From a virus (Duplodnaviria; Heunggongvirae; Uroviricota; Caudoviricetes), in IMG/VR virus record IMGVR_UViG_3300031994_002305, positions 37,073 through 101,072 of that record: a stretch of 64,000 bases of DNA. One strand, 5' to 3'. Positions 19,778 to 32,931 of the stretch are shown one piece after another. Position numbers and translations under genes: made by a program. How positions within the stretch are numbered: position 1 is the first letter of the stretch; the number at the start of each line of letters is the position of its first letter. Under the pieces are notes generated by a model that was not told the origin of the DNA, did no database searches, and was given only the letters and a program-made list of their open reading frames with translations.

Positions 19778-20380
19778 TTATATCTTATATGTTAAAATTT
19801 CTTTATTGTCTTTAAACGAATTAAATCCAAGTTTAATTAACGTAGCTTTCATTTTAGGATGAGTTGGCTTAGCGCTTATTCCCTGATAATTACCTTCTTT
19901 ATTAATAAGTTTAATAAAATCATTTAATATGGCTTTATTTAAAGGTGCAGAATCAGATACAACCAATGATGATTCAATATCAATAAGATGTATAAAATTA
20001 TCAATATATTTTACTTCTTTATCATACATACATATACCTACAAAATATACATTGTCACCTTCCTGATACCAATAAGGATAACATTCTGGTTTTAATTCTT
20101 TATCGTCATCTTTAAGATATTGATTAGGATTTTTTAACATTTGACTAGTAACAACAAATCCCACTTGCTTATCATTAATAATATTTTTAAAAGTTGCATC
20201 TGTTGTTATATCTTCATACAAAAATGATTTTTTTGGTTTATTTAATTGTTTTACATCTATTTGTATAGGCTGTACTTTGTTATCTTTAACTAATATTTGC
20301 TGTGTTCGATAAACTTGTTTAAGCCATTTTTGTACATCTGGTTTTAATGCTTCTGTTATAAATGTTAATATGTCTTTCAT
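19778..20380 (-). CDS. Hypothetical protein, N-terminus MKDILTFITE; possible GNAT-like C-terminal half
   Basis: Capsid-targeting-like N-terminus; FVGICMY ... LIKLGF pattern. Confidence 0.55.
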   Translation of the reverse strand: MKDILTFITEALKPDVQKWLKQVYRTQQILVKDNKVQPIQIDVKQLNKPKKSFLYEDITTDATFKNIINDKQVGFVVTSQMLKNPNQYLKDDDKELKPECYPYWYQEGDNVYFVGICMYDKEVKYIDNFIHLIDIESSLVVSDSAPLNKAILNDFIKLINKEGNYQGISAKPTHPKMKATLIKLGFNSFKDNKEILTYKI

Positions 20381-20442
20381 TATAATATATCATATATATA
20401 AAAATAAACTTTAATATTATAAAAACATTTATTTATTAAAAT

Positions 20443-20470
20443 TTGAATTATATATAAAAAATACTATATT
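20443..20470 (+). promoter_or_regulatory. Conserved phage promoter
   Basis: TTGAAT-N16-TATATT followed by an AAACAAA leader. Confidence 0.75.
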
Positions 20471-20496
20471 ATATATGTAACAAACAAATAATAAAT

Positions 20497-23018
20497 ATGA
20501 CAAGAACGTATTGTACAAACGATTACAACAAACTTTCTGAGAATTTTTTCAATAGCCTTTCTAAAGGTGGTAATTATACAATTGATGAAGCTATTAAGGA
20601 ACTTGGTATTTTTGTTCAAGGTTATAAAAAAGATGAGAAACACCATAACTATTGGGTAAATTTCAAACCGTTTGATAATCCAAAAGATACTCCTCAGCGT
20701 TGGGCAAATTCAATTCATTTTGCTTCAATTGAAAAACCAGAGGAATCTCTTTATGTAAAGGGAATGAAAACTCAGCAAAATCAATTTATTGCGCTTGAGA
20801 ACGCAATTTTACGTTTCATTTCAAATCTTCCTGAAAAAGAGCAGAATAAGATTATTAAGAAAATCAATACTCGTAAAGCTAAAATGGGTTTTTAATATGG
20901 AAAAAATTTATACATATAGTAAAGTTTATGATTGCTATAGTTCAGAAATGGCTGCAGTTCATATTCCATTTGTAATTAAAATATCAAAACATGAATGGGG
21001 AAAGAAAAACATGTCTGAACCAATGTATAAACATATAGAAAATATTATTGAACATACAATTATAAATAATGTATATCAATTTTCATTGGATGAAATTTAT
21101 TATAATAAATTTAGATTACAATATAATATTTATGTAGATATTAATTATGAATTATCAGAACTTGATATGAACCATTATGTAGTAGATATCTACACTAATG
21201 GAGAAATTACTGATGATGCAAATTATTTTAAAAACATCGAATCATATTTTAAAAATAGAATTGATTAAATTTAATATATTTAAGTTATGAAATTTACTAT
21301 TGGAATTAAGCCAACTATTCTTAAGGGTAATGGAACAACAAGAGATGCTAAGGAGAAATTTAGATCTTCTTATAGAGGAATGTGTCTATGTTGTTCAAGT
21401 AGATTTGGAACTGCTTATGTAGACGGCATACGACATGGTGAGGAGAAATATGTATTTGGTTATAATATTGAGGTATTTAAACGTGGTAAACATCGTCACA
21501 ATAAGCATTTTGTGGTTTATCGTTATATGTTTCCAATTGAGATGTTTAATCTTTTAAATGTAGAGATTAAACAGGGTTCAAGAACATTTAAGATCGTACC
21601 TAAAAATAAGTAAATATGTATCATTTCGTTAAATTTAATAAGACTTGGTATCTTAAGCCAGAATCTACTCAGGATATTATTGACCATTTTAAGAAGATTT
21701 GTGGTCGTGAGTTCAAAGAAGGATTTGAAGACTACATTAACAATGTAATTGTAAGGAAAAATCCTATAACTGGCGAACCATATCTTTATAGTATGAATCA
21801 TTCAAGTTCTACATGGCGTAATGCTGTTGAACTTTGTGAAATGAAACTTAAAGGTCAGAATTGGCTTAAAGGTGCAACTTCTCTTGAAGATAAAACTTTT
21901 AAGGATAGACTTGAAATGTTTGCTAAAGGTAAGGCAATCTATTTTACCGATGGTCTTCCTTATTATTGTTGTAACGTGCATCCAACTTATGAGGAAGAAA
22001 AATGGAGTGAAAAACTTGAATATCCTTATGAATTTCAATATGATGAGGTAAGATTTCTTCAGTGGGAAGGTGGCCGACATTGGTATGCTAAAATCGGTAG
22101 TATTGATATTGTAGATAAGTATGGGAGACAGAAATGGAGTGATAAATCTTATGCTCAGATGATTGCTAAAACTTGGTGTAAGTGTGGAGGTGATTGGTCA
22201 AAACATATTGAATAATTATGAAACAAGAAAATAAAGATTTGTGTAAAACTTGTGAGCGTTATTGGACCGACTTCCCATTACCATTAGACCACTATGAACC
22301 TCATTGTGAAATAATCGATAAAAAATATATCAATAGTGTGGAAAAATTTGCTGAATTAGTTCCTTATCCTTGCTTAAAATGTCCTTTTAATAGTTATTTA
22401 CCAAAGAAAAATTAATTTTGAATAATTATGAAACATGGTACAATTTGTAAAATAGGACATACGTTATTTGACTATAGAGGTCGTACAAAACAGAAATACC
22501 CTCGTGGTGGACATTGTGTTACAACAAATGGCTATAGTGGTAAACTTTGTTGGACTTGCTCAAGCCCAGATGGAAATGTAATGTCATATACAACTACAGA
22601 ATTTGAAATTGCTACTCCAGAAGAAATAAAGATTTTTAATGAAGCAATTACTAAAGCATATAATGAAATGGAAAACTATTAAATTATGAGTAATAAAGTA
22701 TTTAAAATTGGAGATTTTGTAAAGTTAAATTGTTTTGATGGAAGTTCCATAATCATTAAAATTACTTCTATTGAAAATGAAATGGTTTATGGAATATCTA
22801 ATGAAGGAACAAACCATTGGGGTAATATTAAGGATATTGAATCAATCTGAATAAATTATGATAGCTAAAATTATATGTTTAATAATATTTATGTTATTAT
22901 CTGTTTGGATATTATCAGTTAATACAAAAACATCACCGACAAAAGCAAATATTCTTTGTGGTTTAGGATTATGGATTCTTGGATTATATATAGGTTTAAT
23001 AATTGCAACATTTTATAA
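20497..23018 (+). other. Run of small hypothetical CDSs (20497, ~20897, 21287, 21616, 22218, 22428, ~22686, ~22858)
   Basis: Dense co-oriented ORFs. Confidence 0.7.
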
Positions 23019-23384
23019 ATGAATTACCGTATTGAAGTTATTCAAACATCTAAATATTGTTATATTAATGCAATATCTGATACAAATGAAAGAATTGGAA
23101 AAGTTTGCATTGATTTAGATAGTGAAGATTCAAATAGATATAAGAATCATAATAATAAAGCTGCAAAAATTATATTAATACAAACAAGTCAAAGTGTATG
23201 TGGTCAGGGTATTGCGACAAATTTATTAAATAAAACAATTGAAGTACTAAATGGTTATAATTTATATTTAAATGTTATTCCATTAAGAAATGATAAGACC
23301 AAAAATGATTTGATTAAATTCTATAGTAAATTTGGTTTTAAGAAATATAATAATGATATTATAACAACAATGATTAGAGTATGA
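23019..23384 (+). CDS. GNAT-family N-acetyltransferase
   Basis: CGQGIATNLL (acetyl-CoA motif A) and LIKFYSKFGF. Confidence 0.8.
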   Translation: MNYRIEVIQTSKYCYINAISDTNERIGKVCIDLDSEDSNRYKNHNNKAAKIILIQTSQSVCGQGIATNLLNKTIEVLNGYNLYLNVIPLRNDKTKNDLIKFYSKFGFKKYNNDIITTMIRV

Positions 23385-24811
23385 ATTTAATTATGAAATT
23401 TGGAGAATTTCTCCATAAACATTTTGAAGATTTTACAAAACCTTTTGTATTAACATTAGCATTTTTTGGAATTACATTTGCAATTATTGGTCATTACGGA
23501 ACAATGGGATTTAATTGGAAATGGTTTTGTTTCTTTGAATTACCTTTATATTTATTTTGTATTTGGGCATTATACAGTGCATATAAATTATATAAAAAAG
23601 CTAAAAAATTTAACAAATGATTAAAATATTGCCAATTAAGAAAGATCATAATTGTTTTCCAAAAGATAAATATTTTCTTGAAGTAACACTTGGATATGGG
23701 GAACATGCTGATGATACATATTCATATTCAACATTAGAGATTAATGATAACCAAGCATTAAATAGGAAGTATGATGATGAGGGATTTCCTATTGATGATG
23801 ATGGATTTGTTGATTGGAGTCACTATATTAGTATTAAAGAAGCAGAAGATCTTGTTAAATTTTTTAATAAGGTTTTTAAGAAAATGAATAAATATGATGA
23901 AGATCATATTACAATTAATGATTGGGATAAAAATTGGTTTACTAATATTTATCATATGACAGATAAAGAAGCAGATAAACTTATTAAAATACTTGAAGAA
24001 TATTCTTGTTATTTATTTAATCCTACTATAGATCATAATTGGTATGCAATTGTTAATGTAAAGATTATTTATTATGATATTGATGGTAATAAACATGATT
24101 GTGAAGTATATTAATTTATGTTAAATATGAAACTTGGAGAATTAAAAACTGGAGATATTTTCTATATTATACATTGGGAAGGTGGTTATATTGGGCATAT
24201 TAATACATGTATTGTAAAAGATTTCCTTCCTATTAAACTTGGTAGAATTATTCATTATACTATTACAGATGAAACAGATGATACAGTTCATGGTGTAACA
24301 CTTGAATTTAATGAATATGAAAATGAAATAGCTCAAGCATATTATGTAACACAAATGTGTTCAAATAAAGAACTATTAATTAATTTACTTAAAAACGATA
24401 AAGAAAAATTTATTGAGCGTCAAAATATAATATTAAGAAAAATAAATGATTAAGCAGGAACGATTACAATTAGAAGATTCAAAACCACATGAATTTCTCA
24501 ATAATGTTATTGAGAAATATGGATTTGTTGGAATTGGCCCTTATGGAGAAAAACGTTCTCGTTCAATATGTAGAGAAATATGCACTGATGATAAATATTT
24601 GCATCCAGTAGATGATTTTATTCATGAAGTTTTGATATTTGATGTTGTGGTTGCATTTTATTATGAACGTCGAACTTCTTGGAATTTTATTGAAGCTACT
24701 TATGGTGTTATTCCTGATGGTTTAAAGCTTGCAAAGAAAAGATTAAGATCAGCACTTAAAGATACAGATCATCCAGTTTATGGATCTAAAAAGAAAAAAA
24801 TAAATTTATAA
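23381..24811 (+). other. Four hypothetical CDSs, the first a small membrane protein
   Basis: Overlapping start/stop ORFs at 23381, 23617, 24118 and 24446. Confidence 0.7.
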
Positions 24812-24829
24812 ATAAGGGAGATTTAAATA

Positions 24830-25180
24830 ATGAATAATGAATGTGTAATACATAAGAATCGTGCAAATTGGGGTACTGTTTGGCATCTTATTACTTCTGA
24901 TGGAATGGGTCATTTAGAAGCATATATTGAAGATGAAGATCCAAATACAATGTTTTTCTGTGGTCTTTCAGTAATGCCAGAAGTTAGAAATAAAGGAATT
25001 GGAAAATCATTACTTCATATTGGAGAATTACTTGGTAAGCAATATAAAGTAGAACGATTAAGATTAAATGTAGAAAAACCTGATAATGGACTTAATTCAT
25101 ATTATGAGAATTTAGGATATGAATATTGGGATGAAGATGAAGAATATATATATTTAGTAAAATATAATAAAAATGAATAA
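24830..25180 (+). CDS. GNAT-family N-acetyltransferase
   Basis: LSVMPEVRNKGIGKSLL and YYENLGY. Confidence 0.85.
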   Translation: MNNECVIHKNRANWGTVWHLITSDGMGHLEAYIEDEDPNTMFFCGLSVMPEVRNKGIGKSLLHIGELLGKQYKVERLRLNVEKPDNGLNSYYENLGYEYWDEDEEYIYLVKYNKNE

Positions 25181-26895
25181 AGAAAAAGAAATCTTAGAGA
25201 ATCTTAGAAAATTAATTTCTAAGAAACGTAATGAATATATTGAAGTAATGCAACAGCATGAAACTGATTCACCTTATTATAATTATTGCAGAGGCAAGAA
25301 AGATATGTTGGAAGATATTTTAGGTTTAGTTAATCAATTCTAATTAATATGGAAGATAATAAGAAAAAGAAAGATAATGAAGGATTTGGATTATATTTGA
25401 ATCATGAAGGACTTAATGTTGGTATTGGGTTAGGTAGCGGTATTTTCTTAGATAGTGATGGTTTACATTATGGTGGATTGAAACTTTAATTATGAAAAAA
25501 GATTTTTTAGTTATTTTAGGAATAATATTTATGCTTTCATTACCATTTATTGGGTGTAAAATGGATGAAAAAACTAAAATAAATGCGTGTCCATGGGAAT
25601 TAACACCACAAGAATATTACGATAATGCAATACAACACAATGTGATTACAGATAGTGCTGGACATACATTAATATTTAATGAATTAGGTATTCGTGGTTC
25701 TAAAAATTATGCGTTTTCAATCGAACATTCACCTGAATGTAAAAAATGTTGTGAAATTTATGATTAAAGAATATATTAATCTTGATAATTGTTCGGAGTT
25801 TGAACAATTTATGCTTTATATTATGTGTTATTTAAAAGAAGATGATCTTCGTAAAGAGATGAACGAAGATAAAATCTCTTTTATGCCACTTGGTGAAATG
25901 GATCATTATTGTAGATTTGGAATTGACTGGAGTAAATCAAAATTCCAAGATCTTATTAATTTAGAAGATAATGATCCACGTTGGAAAATTGAAAACAAAT
26001 TTCAAGAAGTAGCAATTAAAGCAAAGGAATTATATAACGCAATAGAAAAAAATAGATAATGGAAGAAGATTTGCATTCGAAAAGTTACGAAGATCGTATT
26101 AAAGATATTAAAGATAATCTTTATGTTGGCGGTGGTGCAGCTCAAGCATCATTTTTATTAGCAGCATTAATGAGTCCATATAATAAAGAATTTGGACAGT
26201 CTGATATAGATGTTGCAGATGTATTAAATACAATATCACAGCAAATACGGTCATTACGAAGAACTGTAAAAGATGGAGGTATTATACCTATTAAGACATT
26301 CGAAAGCCTTGGTGTTTTTCAACAGCATAATGCATATGCATGTCTTGATAAAGATTTGAAATTCTGTGTTAGACATTATGGAGAAGACGATTGGAAAGAT
26401 ATTCTTTACGTATTTCCATATATGAATTGTACAACAGCATATGATATAACTTTTAAATACGATAATATACATTCAAGCAATATATAATATGAAAGCTAAA
26501 GATTTTAGAAATGTATTATACTTTATGTGCAATAAATGGAGTAAAGGTGAAAGTAATTTGATATTCAATGGCACAGATTTTGATCCTGATAAATGGCAAT
26601 ATTCATTAGGCTGGCATATTTGGAATAAATGGATTGAATATTGTGAAAATCATCATGGCTCACTTGATTGTATTACTGCATTTATTCTTGAAGGATTGGA
26701 TGATGAAAGTTTACAAAATTTAATTGATAGATCACAAGAATATTATAATAAATGATTTATATTAAAGAAACAGACAAGTTAAAATGCTCTAAATGTGGAT
26801 CTGAACATATATATATTAAATCAGGTATGATGTCTGATTTATATATATGTTTAGATTGTGGACATGAATCAAGAGATATAAAAAATTTATATAAT
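25173..26895 (+). other. Run of small hypothetical CDSs, including a possible lipoprotein (25492) and a Zn-ribbon peptide (~26752)
   Basis: Dense + strand ORFs. Confidence 0.6.
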
Positions 26896-26897
26896 AT

Positions 26898-26932
26898 TTG
26901 AAAATTTATAATAATGTTCTATATTATATTTG
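26898..26932 (+). promoter_or_regulatory. Conserved phage promoter with overlapping TAnnTTTG
   Basis: TTGAAA-N16-TATATTATATTTG; the downstream gene really starts at ATG 26949. Confidence 0.75.
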
Positions 26933-26948
26933 TAAAACAAATATTAAT

Positions 26949-27511
26949 ATGAGAAAGAAAGTTGAAAAATGGTATGAGGTTATTTACACCGAAGGTGGCC
27001 ACACATATCAAGTTTTGAGTAGAGGTCGTCGTGAATCAATGAATCTTCATAAGTATCACCCAGGTTCAACTTTTAGAATTATTACAAAATGAAAAAATTA
27101 GTAGTTCAATATAATGCAGTTATGGATGTAGATTTATTCTACACTATTTACGATTGGATGAGATGGCATCAGACCGAATTGGAACATGATTTTAATGTTC
27201 GTACAATGTATGATTTCGATAATTTAACATTAGAAAATTGGGTTAATTTGGCTGATACTGCAATTATGTGGTTAGAACAGAAACAATTGCCTAATGTTAT
27301 TAAAATGGATAATGATTCTCCAACTCCATCTAATGATGAATTTGGTACTCTTTATTATCAGACACTTGCATATATGAATAGCCATCATACATTTGAACTA
27401 ACATATAGAAATCGTACTGAAGATGAGCAAAAGGCATTGTGTAGAGAATGCATTGAAAATTTAAAGAAGCTCCGTAATGAAATTCGCGAACCTAATGATA
27501 ATGATATTTAA
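26949..27511 (+). other. Two hypothetical CDSs (26949-27092, 27089-27511)
   Basis: ORFs following the promoter. Confidence 0.65.
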
Positions 27512-27513
27512 AT

Positions 27514-28047
27514 ATGGATAACGATACATTTAAAAAATTATATCATAATACAATACATCTAATACATATTTGGTTTAAAGATAAAAAAGATAAAGGTGGC
27601 AATGATTATATTGAACACCTTTATGCTGTTGAAAACTCAATATGGGATCTTCTCCATAATATTGAATGTTGTAAAATAGATGATATCGAAGTATATGATA
27701 CGTTGAGAAAGGCTCTTATTGTTGCTCTTTTACATGATATATTGGAAGATACTGAATGTACAGAACTACAATTAAGAGAAGCTGGTTGTGATGATGAAAT
27801 TATTGATGCAATTAAATCAGTAACGCGTCGTAAAGATGAACATAATTATTTTGATTTTATTAAACGTGCAAAACAAAATAAAATTGGTCGTATTGTTAAA
27901 AGATTTGATTTAGAAAACAATATGGATATTAGACGTTTAAATAAATTAGAAGATTATGACTTAAAACGTCTAAAAAAATATTGGTATTCATGGAGATTTA
28001 TCAATGATGAAATTTCTGAAGCAGAACTTAACTCAATTAAACTATGA
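27514..28047 (+). CDS. HD-domain hydrolase, RelA/SpoT-hydrolase (small alarmone hydrolase/Mesh1)-like
   Basis: DKGG..YIEHL..V, ALLHDILEDT, VK..DL..N. Confidence 0.75.
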   Translation: MDNDTFKKLYHNTIHLIHIWFKDKKDKGGNDYIEHLYAVENSIWDLLHNIECCKIDDIEVYDTLRKALIVALLHDILEDTECTELQLREAGCDDEIIDAIKSVTRRKDEHNYFDFIKRAKQNKIGRIVKRFDLENNMDIRRLNKLEDYDLKRLKKYWYSWRFINDEISEAELNSIKL

Positions 28048-29621
28048 AGCAATTTGAACTCAAAGACTTAGAGACAGGCAAGGAATATGTAGTTGCATAT
28101 CGTAATTGTGAAGGATATTTTGTGCCATGTAAAGTAAAAGTTGTAAAAGAATATACTGTTAGGTTTATTAGACCTAATAATGAATCACATTCGCCTATTG
28201 AATTTAATAAAGAGTATTCTATTTCAGATTTTTTTCATGAATATAGAGGTTATGATATATTTGGTCATAAATTTAGAATATTATGGACATTTGATAATGT
28301 AAAAGAAGCATTAAAATGGTGTGTTGATAATCAAAACATATAATTATGGAAAATAAATTTAAGAATTATATTCGAGTTAAAATTTTTAATAGTTATTGGC
28401 ATAGTGAAGAAATCAAGGATTATGAAGTAACATTTGATCAATATAAAAGAATCAGTGTAATGGGGCATGCTTCATATAACCGTTGGTTTGAATATAAAGG
28501 GCGTTCAATTGTTCAACTTAAAAAGGTGCTCGATGATATTACTGTAAAACCAAAAGGAGAATATGTTACATCTCTTGATTGGAATTATAAAGATTGCTTT
28601 ATTGAAGTAATTGAAATAAATATTCCTGATAATCCTAAAGAGAATGAAATTTTTGACCAGTTTCCAAATTTACATCTTGGTTGTTGTGATGAGGCAATTA
28701 TATTCTTACTTCCCAAATTGAAAAAGTTTGTTATTGAAAACATAAAGAAAGAACCTAATGCTGTTATAAATTTTCCTGAAAGAATTAATTTAGAATTTCC
28801 TCGTTGGAGTTTCTTTAATATTAAAGGAGAATATGGGTACAACAAAACTGGAAAACCACGTTGTAAGTTAAATCATTTTAGTTACAATCCAGGTGGAAGA
28901 TTTTGGTTTAACGAAAGACATAATTTTACAAAGATACAAAATCTGATTAAAACATATATTGAAAGTTAGTACATAATTTTCTATATTATAATTAATATAA
29001 ATATTAAATAAAACATAATGGAATTTATAAAGAAACATTGGGTAAAGATTGTCATAGGATTACTTGTTATATTTAGTTTAAATAAATGCACAGTTGCTTG
29101 TAATCGTGATACAACAATTAATAAACAAGCAATTGAGTTAGTTCAAAAGGATTCAATTATTAAAGTTCAATCTGATTCATTAAATATTTTAAAAATTAGA
29201 TGGAATGATGCACAAAATAGTCAAAACACATATCAAGGTATTGCATTAGGTAATCAAAATACTCTTATCAATGAAATTGAATCATTAAACAATATCATAA
29301 AAGAAAGTAAAAAACAAATTGATGCTTTAGTGAAAGAAAATAATAGATTAAAAAACGAAAATAAGCAATTAAAGAAAAATTAAATAATTAAGTATGTTTG
29401 CAGATTTTAAGTCACGATTTCTTTGGTGTATAATATGTACATTTTTAACAGGAGTTATAACAGGCATTAATTTAGCATTTATTGAAAACAGTGAAGCACA
29501 TATTGTATTTATCATAATTAATTTATTAGCAATTATATATTATAATAGGATTTTGAAAAAATATATTTCGAGATTACGTTTACAGGATAAAATTAATTCA
29601 ATTTATACAGACATAGATTAA
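28044..29621 (+). other. Hypothetical CDSs (28044, 28346, 29018 membrane-anchored coiled-coil, 29394 membrane protein)
   Basis: ORF track; 29018 has an N-terminal hydrophobic helix followed by a heptad-like pattern. Confidence 0.65.
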
Positions 29622-29632
29622 ACACATTTATT

Positions 29633-29851
29633 ATGGCAAAACAAGGATCAATAGAACAATATGGTGTTATTATTGAAAATCTTTCCAATTCAATGTTTAG
29701 AGTTGAATTAGATAATGGCATTGAAATTATATGTCATATATCAGGGAAGATTCGTATTAATAATATTAGATTAATGACTGGTGATAAAGTAAAAGTAGAA
29801 ATGAGTCCTTATGACTTAACTAAAGGTAGAATTGTCTTAAGATTAAAATAA
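29633..29851 (+). CDS. infA: Translation initiation factor IF-1
   Basis: 72 aa: [29 protein letters not shown]...HISGKIR...[18 protein letters not shown]. Confidence 0.95.
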   Translation: MAKQGSIEQYGVIIENLSNSMFRVELDNGIEIICHISGKIRINNIRLMTGDKVKVEMSPYDLTKGRIVLRLK

Positions 29852-29946
29852 TATATTTTAAAGAATTAATCAACAAACATAAAAATATATGTATCCTAAC
29901 ATTAGGATAAACACATTAAATAAATTAGGGGATTCAATAGGGCATT

Positions 29947-31739
29947 ATGAAGATTATTATAGATACAAAAGATGACAGTATTAAAGTTGGTGGAAAATTA
30001 TTTGGAGAATTAGATAATTATAAAAAAGATTCTGTTGAAACGTATTTTCGTAATTTTTTAAATGAATATACAAAATTAACAGATTATGAAATTGATTGTA
30101 TGTGGATGTCTTATCGTTATTGTATAGGACGTCATACAATTGCTTCAGGAATGCATGCAGGTCATATTTGGAATAATTGTAAAGGTAGATTATCTGATGA
30201 ACGTGCATTAATTACCGCATTTGATATTAATAGAGAAATTGAAAATAGTTTACATTTTCATAAGCCTTATTTCCATTTTCCTTTGACATCACTTAATAGA
30301 ATTTATACATCTGCAGTTGATATTGTGTGTGAATTTATGGAAGATTACAATATCAAGTCTATTGATGATTTTATTAAATATAGAGATATTCATGTTATTT
30401 TAACAGACAACGAACGTGGATATAAATTTGAAGTTGTAACTTGGGAAGAATATCTACGTCCACATGTATTAAAAATCATGCAAGATTTTTATCATAATGA
30501 TACATTGTCTGAAGATTATGCATGGAATCATTTTCAACAATGGATGAATAATGAAGATGATTTTGGTGCATTAGGAAACAAGCTTGAAGAATTAACAAGA
30601 GATATGCCAAATAAAGCCCATTATTATATGAGTGATTTTGAAGATTTATTTGTTTGGAATGATCTTGTACATTGTTTTGATTTTGAACATCATCATGAAT
30701 CAATTCTTATAGATGGAACACATTGTAAATGGTTTTGGACTTGGACTGAAAATACAGAACCTCATGATGACGGATTTTATTATAAAGCATTTGGTTATCA
30801 TCGTATTCGTGTGCCTCTCGATAAATGGAATGGCTCTATAAGAACATATATACCTGATGATTCAATTCAAGAAGATATTTATTAATCATTTTAACAGTAT
30901 TGATTCATTTTAATAGTCAGTTAAAATGAATTAATTTTTATATAACTATATGAATAACAATTATACTAAAGACGAAATATTGAATGCAAAAGCTTATATG
31001 ATTGAATATAAGTTTATGGTTGAAACACATAGATGTAATGCAGGCATTATAGGTAGATTTTTTGAAAGAATATTTGGTACATCTGCATATGCAGATATTG
31101 AAGTTGAATTGCAAATAAAATACAATTTAACTTATTATAAAGCAATGGAAGTACTATATTATACTAATAATCAAAAATATATTTATAAATTATGAAAGAT
31201 GATTTAATGAGTGGAAGAGGACCAGTTGTAAATCCTCTAAAATATCCTTCAGTAAAATGCGATAATTGTGGATGTGAATTATTTGAAGAAAAAATTATAA
31301 TAAAAAATATACCTGGTATGATAGCAGGAACAGGTACGCAAGATTATCCATATCCAGTTCCAGTTTTGGTATGTTCAAAATGTGGTACAATTGAAAAATC
31401 ATATAGAGAATTATTAGAAAAGGGAGCAAAATATCAAGAAGAACAAAAAGAAACAAAATCTGGAGGTTTAATACTATAATGAATAAAATTAAATTACATA
31501 ATAGATATAACGCAAATATTTGGATAGAACATATTGATAAAGATCTTTGGCAATTAAAATCTGAAAAAACTGAAGATTTAGAATATCTTAGAGTTGGATA
31601 TGAAGACGATAATAAAACAATAAATTTCATTGATCCATCAGGTGGTCCATTTATGAGTGTAGGATATCAATTTAATAAAGAATATAAATTAGCAGAAATA
31701 TTTCCAAATGGATTTATATTTAGGTTGGAAAGTATATAA
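29947..31739 (+). other. Hypothetical CDSs (29947, 30950, 31192 Zn-ribbon CxxC/CxxC, 31479)
   Basis: ORF track. Confidence 0.7.
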
Positions 31740-31775
31740 TATGTTATTTTTATAAATAAATATATTAAATAACAA

Positions 31776-32849
31776 ATGAAGTTTACAAAGAAAAGTATTT
31801 ATATTGTACTTTTCGGTATTCTTTATTTAATCGTTGCATTTAGTTCATTTTTTCATGCATGTGCGTTCTTTGGTTTAGCAAATAATTCTTGGATGTCAAT
31901 AATATTGGCATTTGCATTCGAGGTTGGTCAAGCTGCTGTATTATTCAGTTTGCTTACATCTACTAAAGATAGATCTAGAATAATGCCTTGGGTACTTATG
32001 ACAATGTTTACTTTAGTCCAAGTTATTGGTAATGTTTATAGTTCATATAAATATATTATAACAAATTCTGTAGAGAATTTACGATTCTTTAAAGAACCAA
32101 TATTTATTTGGACTGATTTACCAGATGCTCAAGCTAATGTTATAATTGTATATCTAGTAGGTGCATTGCTTCCTATTGCTGCATTGTTACTTACATCTAT
32201 GATTACAAATTATTTGTCAGATCAATCAGAAGAACAAAAACAGTTAGAAACTAAAATAATAAATGAACCTACCGAAAAGGAAGAAAGAAATAATGAACAA
32301 GAAATTAAAGATTTAAATACATTAGTTAACGATAAAGATAAAGAAATCGAAAATCTTAAGCAAGAATTAGAAAAGAAAGAACAGGAAATTTCAACAAGAG
32401 ATAATGTTATAGAATCAATTAATAAAGAAATTGAAGATAATAATTATTCATTAGAAGAGAAACTTGAAGAAATTGAAAAACTTAAACAGGAAAATGATAT
32501 ATTAAAAAATATTCCTAAAGACGAAAATGGAAAAATAATTGGTACAGATCCTGATGGTGGTGTTATTGGAGAACCTGGTGAAGAAGGAAAAGTATCTGAT
32601 GATTATAAAATAGATTTGAATAATGAAAAGAAAAATAAATCCGATTATTATAACGAAGACAAACAACCAGAAGATCTCAATCACAATACCGAAGAGGAAA
32701 ATGTCAAAGATGCAGATAAATATCCTGATGAATCAGATATACAATCAACTCAACCAATTATTAAAGGACAGGATGATATAGTTGAAAATATACATAAAGA
32801 TAATCCTCATATAGAAAATACAAGACCATCACATTTTATTAATATATAA
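31776..32849 (+). CDS. Membrane protein with about 4 TM helices, a coiled-coil and an acidic tail
   Basis: Hydrophobic N-terminal 145 aa followed by an E/K-rich coiled-coil. Confidence 0.7.
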   Translation: MKFTKKSIYIVLFGILYLIVAFSSFFHACAFFGLANNSWMSIILAFAFEVGQAAVLFSLLTSTKDRSRIMPWVLMTMFTLVQVIGNVYSSYKYIITNSVENLRFFKEPIFIWTDLPDAQANVIIVYLVGALLPIAALLLTSMITNYLSDQSEEQKQLETKIINEPTEKEERNNEQEIKDLNTLVNDKDKEIENLKQELEKKEQEISTRDNVIESINKEIEDNNYSLEEKLEEIEKLKQENDILKNIPKDENGKIIGTDPDGGVIGEPGEEGKVSDDYKIDLNNEKKNKSDYYNEDKQPEDLNHNTEEENVKDADKYPDESDIQSTQPIIKGQDDIVENIHKDNPHIENTRPSHFINI

Positions 32850-32856
32850 ATATTTT

Positions 32857-32888
32857 AAAGACTATTAGAATTTTCTAATGGTCTTTTT
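32857..32888 (+). terminator. Intrinsic terminator
   Basis: AAAGACTATTAGAA-TT-TTCTAATGGTCTTT followed by T. Confidence 0.65.
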
Positions 32889-32931
32889 CTATTTTTAAAT
32901 ATATTTTTATTTAAATTAACATTAACTTAAT

